A stretch of DNA of 24,116 nucleotides from Gemmatimonadota bacterium (lineage in GTDB: Bacteria > Gemmatimonadota > Gemmatimonadetes > Gemmatimonadales > GWC2-71-9). This document shows positions 8,003-18,105 of this stretch, in pieces. The notes under the pieces are model-generated. The model was not told the DNA's origin and did not search any database. It saw only the letters and a program-made list of their open reading frames with translations. The translations under genes were made by a program, and so were the position numbers. Numbering within the stretch: position 1 is the first letter of the stretch; every line of letters begins with the position of its first letter. The stretch lies in NCBI GenBank assembly GCA_036679605.1, contig JAZDCZ010000092.1, positions 1 through 24,116 on the forward strand, in the 5' to 3' direction.

Positions 8003-8566
8003 ATGCTGCCCGCCACTCATCTTGGGTCCCGTGCAATCCAGTTTCGGCTTCTCGTTGCTCTGGCGCCTGCACTACTCCTCGGATGTGGGGATGACCTGCT
8101 TCGTGTGGAGCGCGACGCTGAGCCGTTGATTCAAACTGAATCGCTCGACTATCGCCTGTCGAAGACTTCGAGAGGCCTCCTTCAACTCGAGATACCTTAC
8201 ACCTTCGAGAATAAGACCGGCGGAGTAGTGTTCATTGTGAATTGCAACGGTTCGCACGCCCAAGTCCTTGAAAGGCAGGAAGCTGGAGTGTGGTCATTAG
8301 CGTGGTGGACCTTGCTTCCGCTCTGCCTTGACCCTCCAATCGAGATCGGTCCGGGTGAGATCTTCTCGGGTACACTCCATGCGTCTTGGGGGGCTCCTGG
8401 ATCCAACTCCGTCCAAACCGCCCTTCCCGAAGACCTCTTGGGGGTTTACAGAGTTCGATGGGGAAACGCCCTATCGAGCTTCAGCTTTGACCGGGAAGGG
8501 GGGGGATTCGGCCCAGCCATCCCTTTGGAGCAGAGGGTATCGAACCCCTTCGTGATCCGGGACTGA
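8003..8566 (+). CDS. Hypothetical lipoprotein (Ig-like beta-rich)
   Basis: GGGAG RBS before ATG 8003, lipobox LLLGC, YTFENKTG..C...LERQEAGVW...C.DPPIEIGPGE, RVSNPF. Confidence 0.75.
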   Translation: MLPATHLGSRAIQFRLLVALAPALLLGCGDDLLRVERDAEPLIQTESLDYRLSKTSRGLLQLEIPYTFENKTGGVVFIVNCNGSHAQVLERQEAGVWSLAWWTLLPLCLDPPIEIGPGEIFSGTLHASWGAPGSNSVQTALPEDLLGVYRVRWGNALSSFSFDREGGGFGPAIPLEQRVSNPFVIRD

Positions 8567-8705
8567 CATTCAGAGGCCTAACACCATTAAGAAGGACCGG
8601 GTCAAGCGGACGCATGTATCCTTATGTGACGGGCCGCGCCCGTCGCGGGTTTGTGTTCGTAGGCGGCGGATCCAAAGGGTGTCGGAGGAGAAGCTGGGTG
8701 AAGGC

Positions 8706-9299
8706 ATGAGCGAGGGCAGGGAGGCGAATTTCGAGATTCGCGAGGAGCCGGTAGGCAACCTCGAAGCGTACGCCGAGATTCCAATCGCGTTCCTCGTCGA
8801 CAGCGTCCTTCTTCCGGTCGAGCCACTGCAGAGTGCAATAGGGCTTCGGTTCGACGAGGTTCCCCAGGAACCTCCCTACTGGAAGGACTACGACGCCGAC
8901 CGCAGAAACCACCCGACCGATTGGCCAAAACGATTCGACACGTCCAGTTGGGTCGTAATGTCTGCGTGGGACGAGTCTGTCCGGATCGGTGGCATCGTGG
9001 TTGCCTACGGATGCGACGGCGTCGACATGCTCGAGGGCCGCGACGATCTCGCGGTGCTTTGGGATGTTCGAGTTGCGCCAGAGTTTCGGAGACGCGGCGT
9101 TGGAGCCGCCCTTTTCGAAGTGGTAGAGGCCTGGGCTCAGGCTCGGGGGTGTCGCAGCCTCAAGGTCGAGACCCAGAACATCAACGTCGGGGCCTGCAAA
9201 TTCTACCAGGGTCGAGGTTTCGAACTTGGTGGTGTCGACCCGCTCGCGTATCCCGAATTCCCCAATGAGACTCAGCTGCTGTGGTACAAGGACATCTAG
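8706..9299 (+). CDS. GNAT N-acetyltransferase (streptothricin-acetyltransferase-like)
   Basis: DVRVAPEFRRRGVGAALF (motif A), LKVETQNINVGACKFYQGRGF; start 8706 or 8679. Confidence 0.9.
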   Translation: MSEGREANFEIREEPVGNLEAYAEIPIAFLVDSVLLPVEPLQSAIGLRFDEVPQEPPYWKDYDADRRNHPTDWPKRFDTSSWVVMSAWDESVRIGGIVVAYGCDGVDMLEGRDDLAVLWDVRVAPEFRRRGVGAALFEVVEAWAQARGCRSLKVETQNINVGACKFYQGRGFELGGVDPLAYPEFPNETQLLWYKDI

Positions 9300-9412
9300 G
9301 CTGCGGACCCAGCCGGCGACAACTTCGGATCAACTTTGAAGTGCAACGGGGGTCGGGTGTTGAGTTTGCGAGCGATGCAACAGCCACGAGTTCCCCACTA
9401 GAGAGATCCGAG

Positions 9413-10627
9413 ATGAAACAGTTTCACCATCATGTGTTCGTTCTAGCCGCAATCGCAGCGTTCCTTACGGGATGTCACGGGGGTGCCGGCCCGTCCGAAA
9501 GTCGAAGGGAGTCGGCCCCGGATACGCTTGTACTGGATCATCCATCCCTGATCATCGGACGCGACGGCGGGGACCCAGAGTCGTTGTTCGGAGACATCAC
9601 ATCCGTCGTAGTTGGCCCGAACGGGTTGGTGTACGTGGCTGATCGAATTGGATCAACCGTTACGGTGTTCGATGGCGACGGAAGCTTGGTACGGACTGTT
9701 GGCTCCGAGGGTGACGGTCCAGGAGAGTTCCGTTTCCCGAACGATTTGGCTTTTAACACCGACGGACATCTCTACGTTCGAGATCGCTTCCATTTGTCAG
9801 TCTTCGTGCCTCGGTCGACCAGCCAAATAGCGGACTCCCTTGTAACGACTGTCGCCTTGACCCCTGGGAGCAGCCCGTGGTCAGCGAGGGGTCGGATTAT
9901 CGATGGCAGGTACTATTCGCCGAGCTACGTTTTCGCGGATGGGCAACGACAGAAATACCACTACCAAGTGTACGATCTTGGTGGTCACACAGGCGATACA
10001 CTCTTTGTTCCCGATTTGCCGAATTTGGAGTTCACCGGTCGAGGAGCAATGATCCGGATCAATGCGCAAATCGGCCGTTTTCTCCCAGGGGTTAACCGGG
10101 CGCCCTTTGAGCCGGAAGCCAGTTGGGCACTCAATCGCAAAGGTAGAATCGTCACGACTCCTGGAGACAGAAATGAGTTTGCGGAATGGGTCTCGCCAAG
10201 CGAAGTCCGCACGCTCATAAGCCTTGGCGGAGGCCCTCGTCCGGTGCCCGTGTCAGAGTCAAGGGACAGCGCGCAGGAATTCAGGAGGAGGCTCGATTCC
10301 ATTCCAGTGCCAATCGATCAAGTGAGGGGAATGTCCCCATTGGCACGAGCCGCGAACGTCCCGGCAATTCTTCCTGAAATACTAGCTATTCATGCGGACG
10401 ATATGGGCAACGTCTGGCTTCGGCGATGGCCAGCTGAGCATCAGTCTGGTAGCACGGTGTTTGACGTCACAAACGAGGACGGAGTATTAGTGCGCAGAGT
10501 GGAGTTTGGCCATGTTCTTCGCGCCGATCCCCCGCCCTTTGTGTCGCCAGGGTTTGTCGCTGGGGTTGTTATCGACCCGAAGACCGATGCTGAGATGGTA
10601 GTAGTCTTCCGCCTGCAGGGCAGTTGA
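9413..10627 (+). CDS. 6-bladed beta-propeller (NHL-like) lipoprotein
   Basis: MKQF..AAFLTGC lipobox, VYVAD, GSEGDGPGEFRFPND, ADDMGNVW. Confidence 0.85.
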   Translation: MKQFHHHVFVLAAIAAFLTGCHGGAGPSESRRESAPDTLVLDHPSLIIGRDGGDPESLFGDITSVVVGPNGLVYVADRIGSTVTVFDGDGSLVRTVGSEGDGPGEFRFPNDLAFNTDGHLYVRDRFHLSVFVPRSTSQIADSLVTTVALTPGSSPWSARGRIIDGRYYSPSYVFADGQRQKYHYQVYDLGGHTGDTLFVPDLPNLEFTGRGAMIRINAQIGRFLPGVNRAPFEPEASWALNRKGRIVTTPGDRNEFAEWVSPSEVRTLISLGGGPRPVPVSESRDSAQEFRRRLDSIPVPIDQVRGMSPLARAANVPAILPEILAIHADDMGNVWLRRWPAEHQSGSTVFDVTNEDGVLVRRVEFGHVLRADPPPFVSPGFVAGVVIDPKTDAEMVVVFRLQGS

Positions 10628-10774
10628 GGTGCTCCGCCCCTCGAGGGTGGCCTGAAGGGAAGGGACGCTCACCGGCGATCAAGGCTGCCCTGAAACTTCT
10701 GGCGGGTAAGGTGGCTTCTATTGGCGACGCGCACGCAGTGGAGAAGGCAGCCTTCGAGATGATCGGAGAACGAG

Positions 10775-11128
10775 ATGGAGCAGTGCGGAGCGGATGGGGC
10801 AACTGAGAAGATCAGGCGAGTGCTTAGGTCCTGGAGAGGTGTCTCCATTTCGGACCACCCTGCCGGTGGAACGGTCTTCGAGGTGAAGGGACAAGAGATC
10901 GGGCAGATTCTCGGCAACATGCTGGTTGGCATCAAATTCGCGGCGGATGTCATAGCGGAACTCGAGGCCCGCCAGGAGGTCGACTCAGTCCACCTGGACG
11001 GTAGCGACTCAGGGCGCGTCACGGTGAACCTCAACCGCCCCACCGATGTTTCCCATGCCATCTCACTCCTCGAGCGCTCCTATTGGGACATCCTCATGCT
11101 CGAGGAGCTCAAGCAGCAGTTGAGTTGA
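10775..11128 (+). CDS. DUF5519/luciferase-domain-like small protein, divergent
   Basis: SWRGV...HPAGGTVF.VKGQEIG..SGRV......DVSHAISLLERSY pattern. Confidence 0.6.
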   Translation: MEQCGADGATEKIRRVLRSWRGVSISDHPAGGTVFEVKGQEIGQILGNMLVGIKFAADVIAELEARQEVDSVHLDGSDSGRVTVNLNRPTDVSHAISLLERSYWDILMLEELKQQLS

Positions 11129-11174
11129 GTTTGGGCAGACGATGGGCTGCACTTCGGTTCCATATGGTTATGCC

Positions 11175-12401
11175 ATGGTGAAGATCGCTGGCTGGCTGAT
11201 CGCCGCCCTGGTCTTTGCCTGTACTCCGGGGGATGCCCCAGTCCGCACGGCGGAGGTACGCGACAGCGCCGGGATTTCGGTCGTCGAAAATTGGATGGAT
11301 CCGTCAGTCGAGGATGGCTTCTGGTTCCTGGATCCCGACCCGGTTCTAGACATTGGAGCTGACGGGGGCGAGTCCGGCCCTTTTCTCTTCCAGGTAGTCG
11401 GGGCGTTTCAGGTCGAGGCCACCCGCGAAATGGTCATTGCGAACAGGGGGACCTCGCAGGTCCTGGTTTTCGACTCCGCGGGGACCTTCCTCAGGACGAT
11501 TGGCGGAGCCGGTCAGGGTCCCGGCGAGTTGGAAGGCCTGTTGGGACTGCACCGATGTGGTGATGGGCGCTTCCTGGTGCATGAGGGCCGAAGAGCGAGC
11601 CTCTTCCATGTCGGCGGCGAATTCCTCGATGTGACGCCACCAGAGTGGCGCGACATCTTCAACTTCGAGGGTGTTTCATCGGATTGCTCCCGCTTCTTGT
11701 TCCTCGAGTCTCAACCGCCTGCCAAGTTACAGGAGGGCTTGGTCGGGTCCTGGTCGGGAGCTCTTTCTTGGGGAGACCTGTCCACTCACGAACGCACTCC
11801 TTTGGTGACGATCCCGTACTTTGACGTGGTGGGGCGAAGCTTGGACGGCCGGCTCCAGTGGGCCCTGTACCCCTGGTCGAGGCGGTCCAGCTGGGTTGTC
11901 TCGGGAAGTCGCGTGATTCTCAGTACTGCCAAGGATACGGAATTTCAGGTATGGGATCTGGACCACGGCCTCGTGAAGTTGGTGCGCTGGACGGGCGGTA
12001 GACCGCGGGTGACTGCCGCGGACCGGAACCAGTATGAACGGGTTCGTGACCGGTTTCTGGCGAGACGCGCCGACCTAGCCCGCTTAATGCCCCCGTTCGG
12101 GGAGATTCACGTTCCCGACCTGAAGCCTGCGCTCTTGGACATGTTCCGGGACGACCAGGGGAACGTATGGGTCCAGGAGTACCCATTTTGGTACGGCGGT
12201 TGGGGCGGCGGTTGGGAAAACCGACGCGGCGCTGATCCCGTGACGTGGACCGTGTTTGCTCCGTCCGGTCGGATGCTCGGTTCGGTGAAGGTCCCTGCGG
12301 AGATCGAACTACTTGCGATCCATAGGTACCACGTTGTCGCACTTTGGAAGGACGATCTTCAGGTCGAGCACGTGCGCCTATATCGATTGAACAAGGGATA
12401 G
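11175..12401 (+). CDS. 6-bladed beta-propeller lipoprotein
   Basis: Lipobox LVFAC, VRDSAGISVVEN, GGAGQGPGEL, DDQGNVWV, W.VFAPSGRMLG, DDLQVEHV. Confidence 0.88.
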   Translation: MVKIAGWLIAALVFACTPGDAPVRTAEVRDSAGISVVENWMDPSVEDGFWFLDPDPVLDIGADGGESGPFLFQVVGAFQVEATREMVIANRGTSQVLVFDSAGTFLRTIGGAGQGPGELEGLLGLHRCGDGRFLVHEGRRASLFHVGGEFLDVTPPEWRDIFNFEGVSSDCSRFLFLESQPPAKLQEGLVGSWSGALSWGDLSTHERTPLVTIPYFDVVGRSLDGRLQWALYPWSRRSSWVVSGSRVILSTAKDTEFQVWDLDHGLVKLVRWTGGRPRVTAADRNQYERVRDRFLARRADLARLMPPFGEIHVPDLKPALLDMFRDDQGNVWVQEYPFWYGGWGGGWENRRGADPVTWTVFAPSGRMLGSVKVPAEIELLAIHRYHVVALWKDDLQVEHVRLYRLNKG

Positions 12402-12494
12402 ATTTGCATCGGTCTCGCTCCTGAGGGTTCAGCTCAGGTCGATCCAGAGTGAGGGCTGCTTCGTCGCACACAGAATCCGAATGGGGAGAGTATC

Positions 12495-13715
12495 TTGATG
12501 ATGATCACAGGGCTCTGCTTTTGTGCCGGGACCTGGCTTGGGGTGAACGTCGCGGTGACTGGTATGCCTCAGGACCGGGTGGTCTTTGAGGTCCGTGACA
12601 GCGCTGGGGTTCGGATCGTGGAGAGCGTCGTTCATAACGCCACCCCGCCCCACACCCTGAGTGGGATGCCCGTATTCGATCATTCCGGACTAAATGCGAA
12701 TGATCCGTTCTTCGAGTTACGCGGTGGCCTGTTCTGGGATGACGGGAGTGTTGTGGTGACCGAAGCAACTCGGGTCGTTCATATGGACCGATCCGGCAAG
12801 ATCGTGTTCAAGTTGGGGAGGTCGGGAGAGGGACCGGGAGAGTTTCGCGGGATCAGGGGATTAGCCTTCGCCAATCCCGATCAACTCGTGGTAGTCGACA
12901 GTCGACTGCGCCGGCTTACGGTGATACGAGATGGGGTCGTGGAGGATGCCCGCCAAATCCGTGGAATTGAACCAGATAGACCCTGGGACATTCACGCATT
13001 GGATAGTCTGTCGTTTATTCTCGGGACTGCGGTCACCGGTAGTTCCATGCCGGGGAATCGGGTGGACGGGCGCCTGCGGCTGCCGTTCCACGTCTTCAGA
13101 ATTTCACGGGATGGAGATGTGATGAATGCATTGCCTCCCTTCCGCGGTGCGGAGGTGGTTTTTGCCCGCGTCGGGGGTACAGCATTGTTTGGTGAGGCTC
13201 CTCTGAGCAGGAGCGGTACCGTCGCGGCTCTGGGAAGCAACGTGGTATTGAGCGAGGGGGAGGGGATCGAGATCAAGATCCTGGATGTTGAGGGTGGCCT
13301 CGAACGGATCTACCGGGTTCAGGGCATCGACTTATCGGTCGATCGGCAGGCTCTTGAGGCTTATCTCTCACCACGGATTGAGCGAGTACCCGGTAAGGGG
13401 CCCCAAGAAAAGCTCCGTGACGTTCTGTTGGATGATCTCCCAGACCAACGGCCGGGAGTCAGCGCCCTGAGGGTCTCCGACGACGGCGATATCTGGGTCC
13501 GGGAGTACGCCTTTGAAGGCGAGCGGGATTACGAGCTTTGGCGGGTGATCGATGGGGCCACAGGGCACTATTGTGGGGCCTGGGCGTTGCCTGCGGGTTT
13601 CTCCCTCTGGGACATTCGAGGGGACGAAATCCTAGGCTCCTGGACCAGTGCTCTCGGTGAGGAGTCCGTGAGGGTCTATCGATGGCGAGAAGAGGGACCA
13701 AATGCGTGTGATTAA
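12495..13715 (+). CDS. 6-bladed beta-propeller protein, secreted/membrane-anchored
   Basis: GGGGAG RBS, hydrophobic N-terminus, VRDSAGVRIVES, GRSGEGPGEF, DDGDIWV, LGEESVRVY. Confidence 0.85.
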   Translation: MMMITGLCFCAGTWLGVNVAVTGMPQDRVVFEVRDSAGVRIVESVVHNATPPHTLSGMPVFDHSGLNANDPFFELRGGLFWDDGSVVVTEATRVVHMDRSGKIVFKLGRSGEGPGEFRGIRGLAFANPDQLVVVDSRLRRLTVIRDGVVEDARQIRGIEPDRPWDIHALDSLSFILGTAVTGSSMPGNRVDGRLRLPFHVFRISRDGDVMNALPPFRGAEVVFARVGGTALFGEAPLSRSGTVAALGSNVVLSEGEGIEIKILDVEGGLERIYRVQGIDLSVDRQALEAYLSPRIERVPGKGPQEKLRDVLLDDLPDQRPGVSALRVSDDGDIWVREYAFEGERDYELWRVIDGATGHYCGAWALPAGFSLWDIRGDEILGSWTSALGEESVRVYRWREEGPNACD

Positions 13716-14883
13716 CCGGTTGACCAGCGTGATCGCTGTGCTGCTTGCAGGCTGCGCAGCCGAGGCCAAAGCACCGTCTGACGTACTCTTTACAGAGCTC
13801 GATGGCGTTGCGTTGACCGTTAATACACGACCGCCGCAAGACCTCACGCGCTTTTCGCTTTCACCCCCTGTAATCACACTTGAAGTGCCGGCAGATGACC
13901 CGCAGTTCTTTCGCGTGTACAACGGATTCGAGGATAGGTCCGGCTTCGTAACCGCAAACACGGGAACCGGCCATGTTCACTTCTTTGGCCCCTCCGGCAA
14001 ACTTCGCTTCGTGGTTGGGGGCGAGGGCGATGGACCGGGGGAATTCAAGGACATTGCGCAAGTCAGCTCGTACCTTTCGGATTCCGTTCTGGTTTATGAT
14101 TCCCATCACGGCCGGATGACCATTCTTGATGAATTGGGCCAAGTTGGAAGGACAGCCACGCTGCAATTGCAGACTCCGCCAGGTAGGCCGTCGGACATAA
14201 TTTGGCCCCTTTCGGATGGAGGGTTGGTTTCGCGACTGAATCTCCGTCGTCAGGGGGCTCAGTCGTTAGGGATACAACGTACCCGATCCGCAATTCTTCG
14301 GTATGACGCCGAAGGCAGTCTTCTCTCTTCAATCGCCGAGATCCCCGGCGAAGATTTCGAGTATGGCGCCCTTCGGCAGAGCGCCGGAGGAGGGACCCAT
14401 TGGGTGGGGAGAACCCCACCCTTCGGCGGGACGGCGGTGGTAACGGTCGGTCTCGATCGAGTGTTCGCCTCGGTGGGTGACGGCTTCGATATAGGGGAAT
14501 TCGACCTCGACGGTACCATGCGTCGACGGGTGCGGTGGTCGCTTGCCGATACCGAGGTGACCCCGGCTGAAGTTGCTGAATTTATGGACAAATGGTTCAG
14601 TGACGGCACTGAGTACCCTTTTCCGCTACCGGATCCTGCGCAGGCCTATTCGGACTTTCTTGTGGCTCCTGAAGGAGAGTTGTGGGTCAGCAAATATGGG
14701 CCGGGATTCTACCCGCTCACCAGACTTTGGCGGGTCTTCGCAGAAGATGGTCAACTTCTCCACGAAGTGGATGTAGGGGCCAGGACCCGGGTACTTGGGA
14801 TCCTATCGGGTGGCCGTGTGCTTGCGGTCAGGTTGGACGAATTGGATGTGGAGACGGTCCACGTATTCGAGATAGTTCAGTGA
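13702..14883 (+). CDS. 6-bladed beta-propeller lipoprotein
   Basis: Lipobox LLAGC, GGEGDGPGEF, PEGELWV, DELDVETV; 14-nt overlap with the upstream paralogue. Confidence 0.88.
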   Translation: MRVINRLTSVIAVLLAGCAAEAKAPSDVLFTELDGVALTVNTRPPQDLTRFSLSPPVITLEVPADDPQFFRVYNGFEDRSGFVTANTGTGHVHFFGPSGKLRFVVGGEGDGPGEFKDIAQVSSYLSDSVLVYDSHHGRMTILDELGQVGRTATLQLQTPPGRPSDIIWPLSDGGLVSRLNLRRQGAQSLGIQRTRSAILRYDAEGSLLSSIAEIPGEDFEYGALRQSAGGGTHWVGRTPPFGGTAVVTVGLDRVFASVGDGFDIGEFDLDGTMRRRVRWSLADTEVTPAEVAEFMDKWFSDGTEYPFPLPDPAQAYSDFLVAPEGELWVSKYGPGFYPLTRLWRVFAEDGQLLHEVDVGARTRVLGILSGGRVLAVRLDELDVETVHVFEIVQ

Positions 14884-14969
14884 GGCGAACTGCCCTGATC
14901 TACGGGCGGTCGATATTAATCTGGAATTCCAAAAAAGGGGTAGTGCGTCTCCGGCTCCTTGGCCCAACA

Positions 14970-16169
14970 TCAGCGTACCTCCCACACCTCGATGTACTCC
15001 TCGTCGAGGCGGGTGTGGAGGCGCACGGCCACACGTCCGTCCCGGATGTCCAACACTTCGTTAATCCGCAGTATTCCCCAGAACTCCGTGGGCAACGAGA
15101 CCCGTCCGTAGGGCATGCCAGTGGAGTCGAACACGACCCACAGTCTTCGCCGTTGACCGGGGCGCTTTCCGCCTGCCACCCACACCCGACCCTGGTCGTC
15201 CATGGAGAGTGCGCCCAACGGCGGCACCGACGTCCTTACCGGGCCCGTACGCCACGCCTCAATGGCAAGTGGGGTGTCCATCGGGATCTTCGCCAGCAGG
15301 ACCTCCCGGTACTCCTGGATCTCGTCGGGGGTCGCTGGGTCGGGGGCCGCAGTCCCCGAGAGAACCCACTCGAGGCGTCCGGCCAGGTCGAACTTCCGAA
15401 CGTCGATTGCGTCCGTCGATCCGATCACCACGTGACCGCCTCGCCCCGCTGCCACCGCCATCCTGGAGAACACAATCGGTACGAAGAGCTTGCCTTCGGG
15501 TACGGTCGTAAAAGCGCGCTCCGTCGAAGGCCAGAGGCCGAGTGTATCGAGGGATCCCGAAGGCAGTATGCGAAGCAGGGGTGTGGTATCCCTCACCTCT
15601 CCGCTTGAGCCAAAGTGCCCGAACCTCCCGTGTACCGCCAGTACCGTGTCACGGGCGATGGTCAGCGGCAGGACGGCAGATAGGGCATCTCGATTATCGA
15701 GCCGCCGCGAGTGCTCGAATTGAAATTCGCGTCCGAGTCTCGTGAGGCGCCGTAGGGCCTGATCGTAGACCCAGACCCCGGCGGAATCGGCCTGCAGCCA
15801 CTTTGGATGTCGGTACTCGCCAGGGCCCTCCCCCGGGCGTCCGATCCGTCGAACTTCATCGCCAACGGAATCGATGAGGACGAGTTCCAAATCGCTTTCA
15901 CTCGCCAGTAGCAGGGAGCCGTCGGCCAGGAAGGCGCCATCCCCGATACGGGACAGAACCGTCTCGTCTGGATCGGTACGGAAGATCAACTTCGCCGTGA
16001 GCAACGGGGCCTGAACCTCCTCGAGCTTGCCAAAACTCACCACCCGAACCCCTGCGGAGTCGGCGACGTTGACCTCGGAGATGCGTTCGCTCCCGTCGTC
16101 AGCACCCCGACAGGCAGCCGATAGGCATGCGACGAGGGCGAGGCCGAGTAGAGTGCGGTGCTTCACCAT
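14970..16169 (-). CDS. 6-bladed beta-propeller lipoprotein
   Basis: Lipobox LSAAC, DSAGVRVV, GRPGEGPGEY, DDQGRVWV, LDEEYIEVW. Confidence 0.88.
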   Translation of the reverse strand: MVKHRTLLGLALVACLSAACRGADDGSERISEVNVADSAGVRVVSFGKLEEVQAPLLTAKLIFRTDPDETVLSRIGDGAFLADGSLLLASESDLELVLIDSVGDEVRRIGRPGEGPGEYRHPKWLQADSAGVWVYDQALRRLTRLGREFQFEHSRRLDNRDALSAVLPLTIARDTVLAVHGRFGHFGSSGEVRDTTPLLRILPSGSLDTLGLWPSTERAFTTVPEGKLFVPIVFSRMAVAAGRGGHVVIGSTDAIDVRKFDLAGRLEWVLSGTAAPDPATPDEIQEYREVLLAKIPMDTPLAIEAWRTGPVRTSVPPLGALSMDDQGRVWVAGGKRPGQRRRLWVVFDSTGMPYGRVSLPTEFWGILRINEVLDIRDGRVAVRLHTRLDEEYIEVWEVR

Positions 16170-16304
16170 GCGTTTCGCGTCTCATCGAGGGGGGGCGGGC
16201 ACATCCCAGTCGGCATGCCTTCGGCCCGACTTGGCCCAAGCTGTGCGCTTAAGATGCAGTTCACACCGGAGCAGCGCGAGCCCGTGCGGTACAGGGGGCA
16301 CTGG

Positions 16305-16459
16305 ATGTGTGTCACTTCATGTGTCGATTGGGCCGGTTTTTGTGTCGGGTCAAAGCGCAGCTTGCCTTGGATCGGGCCGTATCGACACATCAACTCGCCC
16401 AATGGGGCTGAAAGTCCAATGTCTAAGCCGATTAGTCCCTGATACTGGAGCAGGGGGTC
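16305..16459 (+). repeat. Junction C: TGTGTC arm-like repeats plus a 13-bp tRNA-Pro fragment
   Basis: tgtgtc at 16308, 16320 and 16341; inverted copy atcgacacat at 16381-16390; ggagcagggggtc at 16447-16459 is identical to 143-155. Confidence 0.8.
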
Positions 16460-16574
16460 AACTCCAGCTGCCGTGGAGTGCGGAAACAATCCCTAAGCGT
16501 TAGCGGACACTAGCACGCACGAGTCGGGTAGAGCCTCGAGGCCCGAGAGAATTCGGTTAGGAACGCGTCTGCCT

Positions 16575-17771
16575 CTACCGCCTCTGAGCTCTGCTGACGC
16601 GAAGGAGCGCAATGCGCTCCCGATCGAACTGGTCCTTCATCAGGACGGCCAACTGACCTTGCCCATCAGCAGCCATTAGCCCAACGGTGCCCTCGGGCGC
16701 AGGAAGCCACCCTAATCGACCCGAATCGAGATCCAATCGCCACCAGCCGGGCGCGGGCTCATCGCGCAAGTGAAACCTCTCGATCCACAGCGAGTTGATC
16801 CCATCATACACCAGCTTTGAAGCAAGCTGGTGAGCACCGGGGCTTTGTAGCTCACCGTACGGATCTTCATCAGGATGATAGCCGCGAAATGCTTCGGCCA
16901 GCTGATTAACCACCGCGTTCCATTTAGCGTCTCCGATTTCTAGGTTGATACCACCGATAGGTAGCCGCCCGGGAGGGCCGCCTCCGACTATCCGAAAGCT
17001 CAGAGCTACCGCACGCCCTTCAAGCCAGACAACGCAGCCGTCGGGTGACGCGAGCCAGGTCGGCTCCACTCCATACGGAGCGTTCAACCGGCGCGCGGGT
17101 CCGCTCTCACCCTGTGAAATCACCTGTTCCTGTCCGGGAATCGACGCGACCACGGATCTTACGCTGCCATCTTCACCAACGTGTAGAATTGGAATTGGTC
17201 GCGTCGCGATGCTCCCGGGAAGGAGCGGGGTAGAGCCCGGCCTCCATCTTGTCATCACCAATGCACCGCCGGCATCGAGAGGGATGGCATCATAATACTG
17301 GTTCATCGTTGAGGATTGGATCGTCAAGGTGCCGACAACCTCCCCGTCGGCCCGAAAGCGTGTGATGCGTCGATTATTCGAATCGAACGCGCCAATGCCC
17401 CTTCCTCCATTAGTAACGTGTGCGAAGTAGAGTTGACCGAACTCCCCAGGGCCGCCGCCGCTTCTCCCGAACCGCCCGGTCAAGCTTAGCGTCCCGTCTA
17501 GAAGGAGTATCTCGTTTGTGCCCGCGTTGGCGACTTGAAGTACGCTTCCGGAGAGGAAGCCGGCTGAAGTCACACGATAGAGCTCAGTTTCCAACGCGGT
17601 CATTGCCACAGTCCGAGCCGTGAGAGGTTCTCCCGAATGAAACACCACCGGATTTCCAGATTCGGCTAGTGATCCCAAACCGTGGCACAAACCAGACTGC
17701 GCCTCGATCGGCGTCGTGACGCTTAGAAGCGTCGTGATGGAGAAGGTGATGATGGTGGTGGAACGAGCCAT
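16575..17771 (-). CDS. 6-bladed beta-propeller protein with Sec signal peptide
   Basis: GGGAG RBS, signal ending IEA-Q, VANAGTNEI, GRSGGGPGEF, DQFDRERI. Confidence 0.85.
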   Translation of the reverse strand: MARSTTIITFSITTLLSVTTPIEAQSGLCHGLGSLAESGNPVVFHSGEPLTARTVAMTALETELYRVTSAGFLSGSVLQVANAGTNEILLLDGTLSLTGRFGRSGGGPGEFGQLYFAHVTNGGRGIGAFDSNNRRITRFRADGEVVGTLTIQSSTMNQYYDAIPLDAGGALVMTRWRPGSTPLLPGSIATRPIPILHVGEDGSVRSVVASIPGQEQVISQGESGPARRLNAPYGVEPTWLASPDGCVVWLEGRAVALSFRIVGGGPPGRLPIGGINLEIGDAKWNAVVNQLAEAFRGYHPDEDPYGELQSPGAHQLASKLVYDGINSLWIERFHLRDEPAPGWWRLDLDSGRLGWLPAPEGTVGLMAADGQGQLAVLMKDQFDRERIALLRVSRAQRR

Positions 17772-17786
17772 TATCTGGTCACTCCC

Positions 17787-17982
17787 TCAGAGTGTGATGT
17801 GCTCAAGCGCCTGAAGGGCATCCTTCAAGGCACGTTCGTCGGTGAAGCGATGCGTTACGGCGCCATCACACAGCCTTCTGAGCTTTCCCGACTCTGGGGA
17901 GATTAGGTTGGCTAGAGCGTACCTAGTGATAGCGTACTCCGTTTCATCCAGTGACCCGCCCGTCGAAATGGAATTCCACACG
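17787..17982 (-). pseudogene. C-terminal gene fragment truncated by the IS3 end
   Basis: Protein-like frame WNSISTGG...ALKDALQALEHITL* starts exactly at the IS terminus (17983) and ends just before the RBS of the next gene. Confidence 0.5.
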
Positions 17983-18105
17983 TGAACCGCACCGGGATCA
18001 TCGGAGACTGTTTGGCTTGAGTGTCAGGGGCTCGGATTGAGCCGCCTGACGTGAACGGTACTGCGCCTCGTACTCGGCTGGGGGTACGTGGTCGAGGGGT
18101 CCGAA
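17983..18105 (-). mobile_element. IS3-family (IS51 group, IS6110/IS401-like) right-end remnant
   Basis: Terminal repeat TGAACCGCACCGGGATCATCGGAGACT resembles IS6110 TGAACCGCCCCGG...GGAGACT; transposase tail GPLDHVPPAEYEAQY...LKPNSLR*. Confidence 0.85.

Noticed and set aside
7525..8094. 189-aa ORF as a whole gene
   Set aside because: Only the first 19 or so codons look real; the rest crosses junction B and overlaps the lipoprotein gene.
8575..8665. GCCTAAC...CGTAGGC before the GNAT as an attC site
   Set aside because: No GTT in the right box and no extended pairing; no integron integrase in the window.
10624..10806. 60-aa ORF, possible gene remnant
   Set aside because: Somewhat protein-like but no recognisable motif, and it overlaps the next gene.
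14682..15608. 308-aa plus-strand ORF
   Set aside because: Overlaps two well-supported propeller genes; GC-rich shadow ORF.
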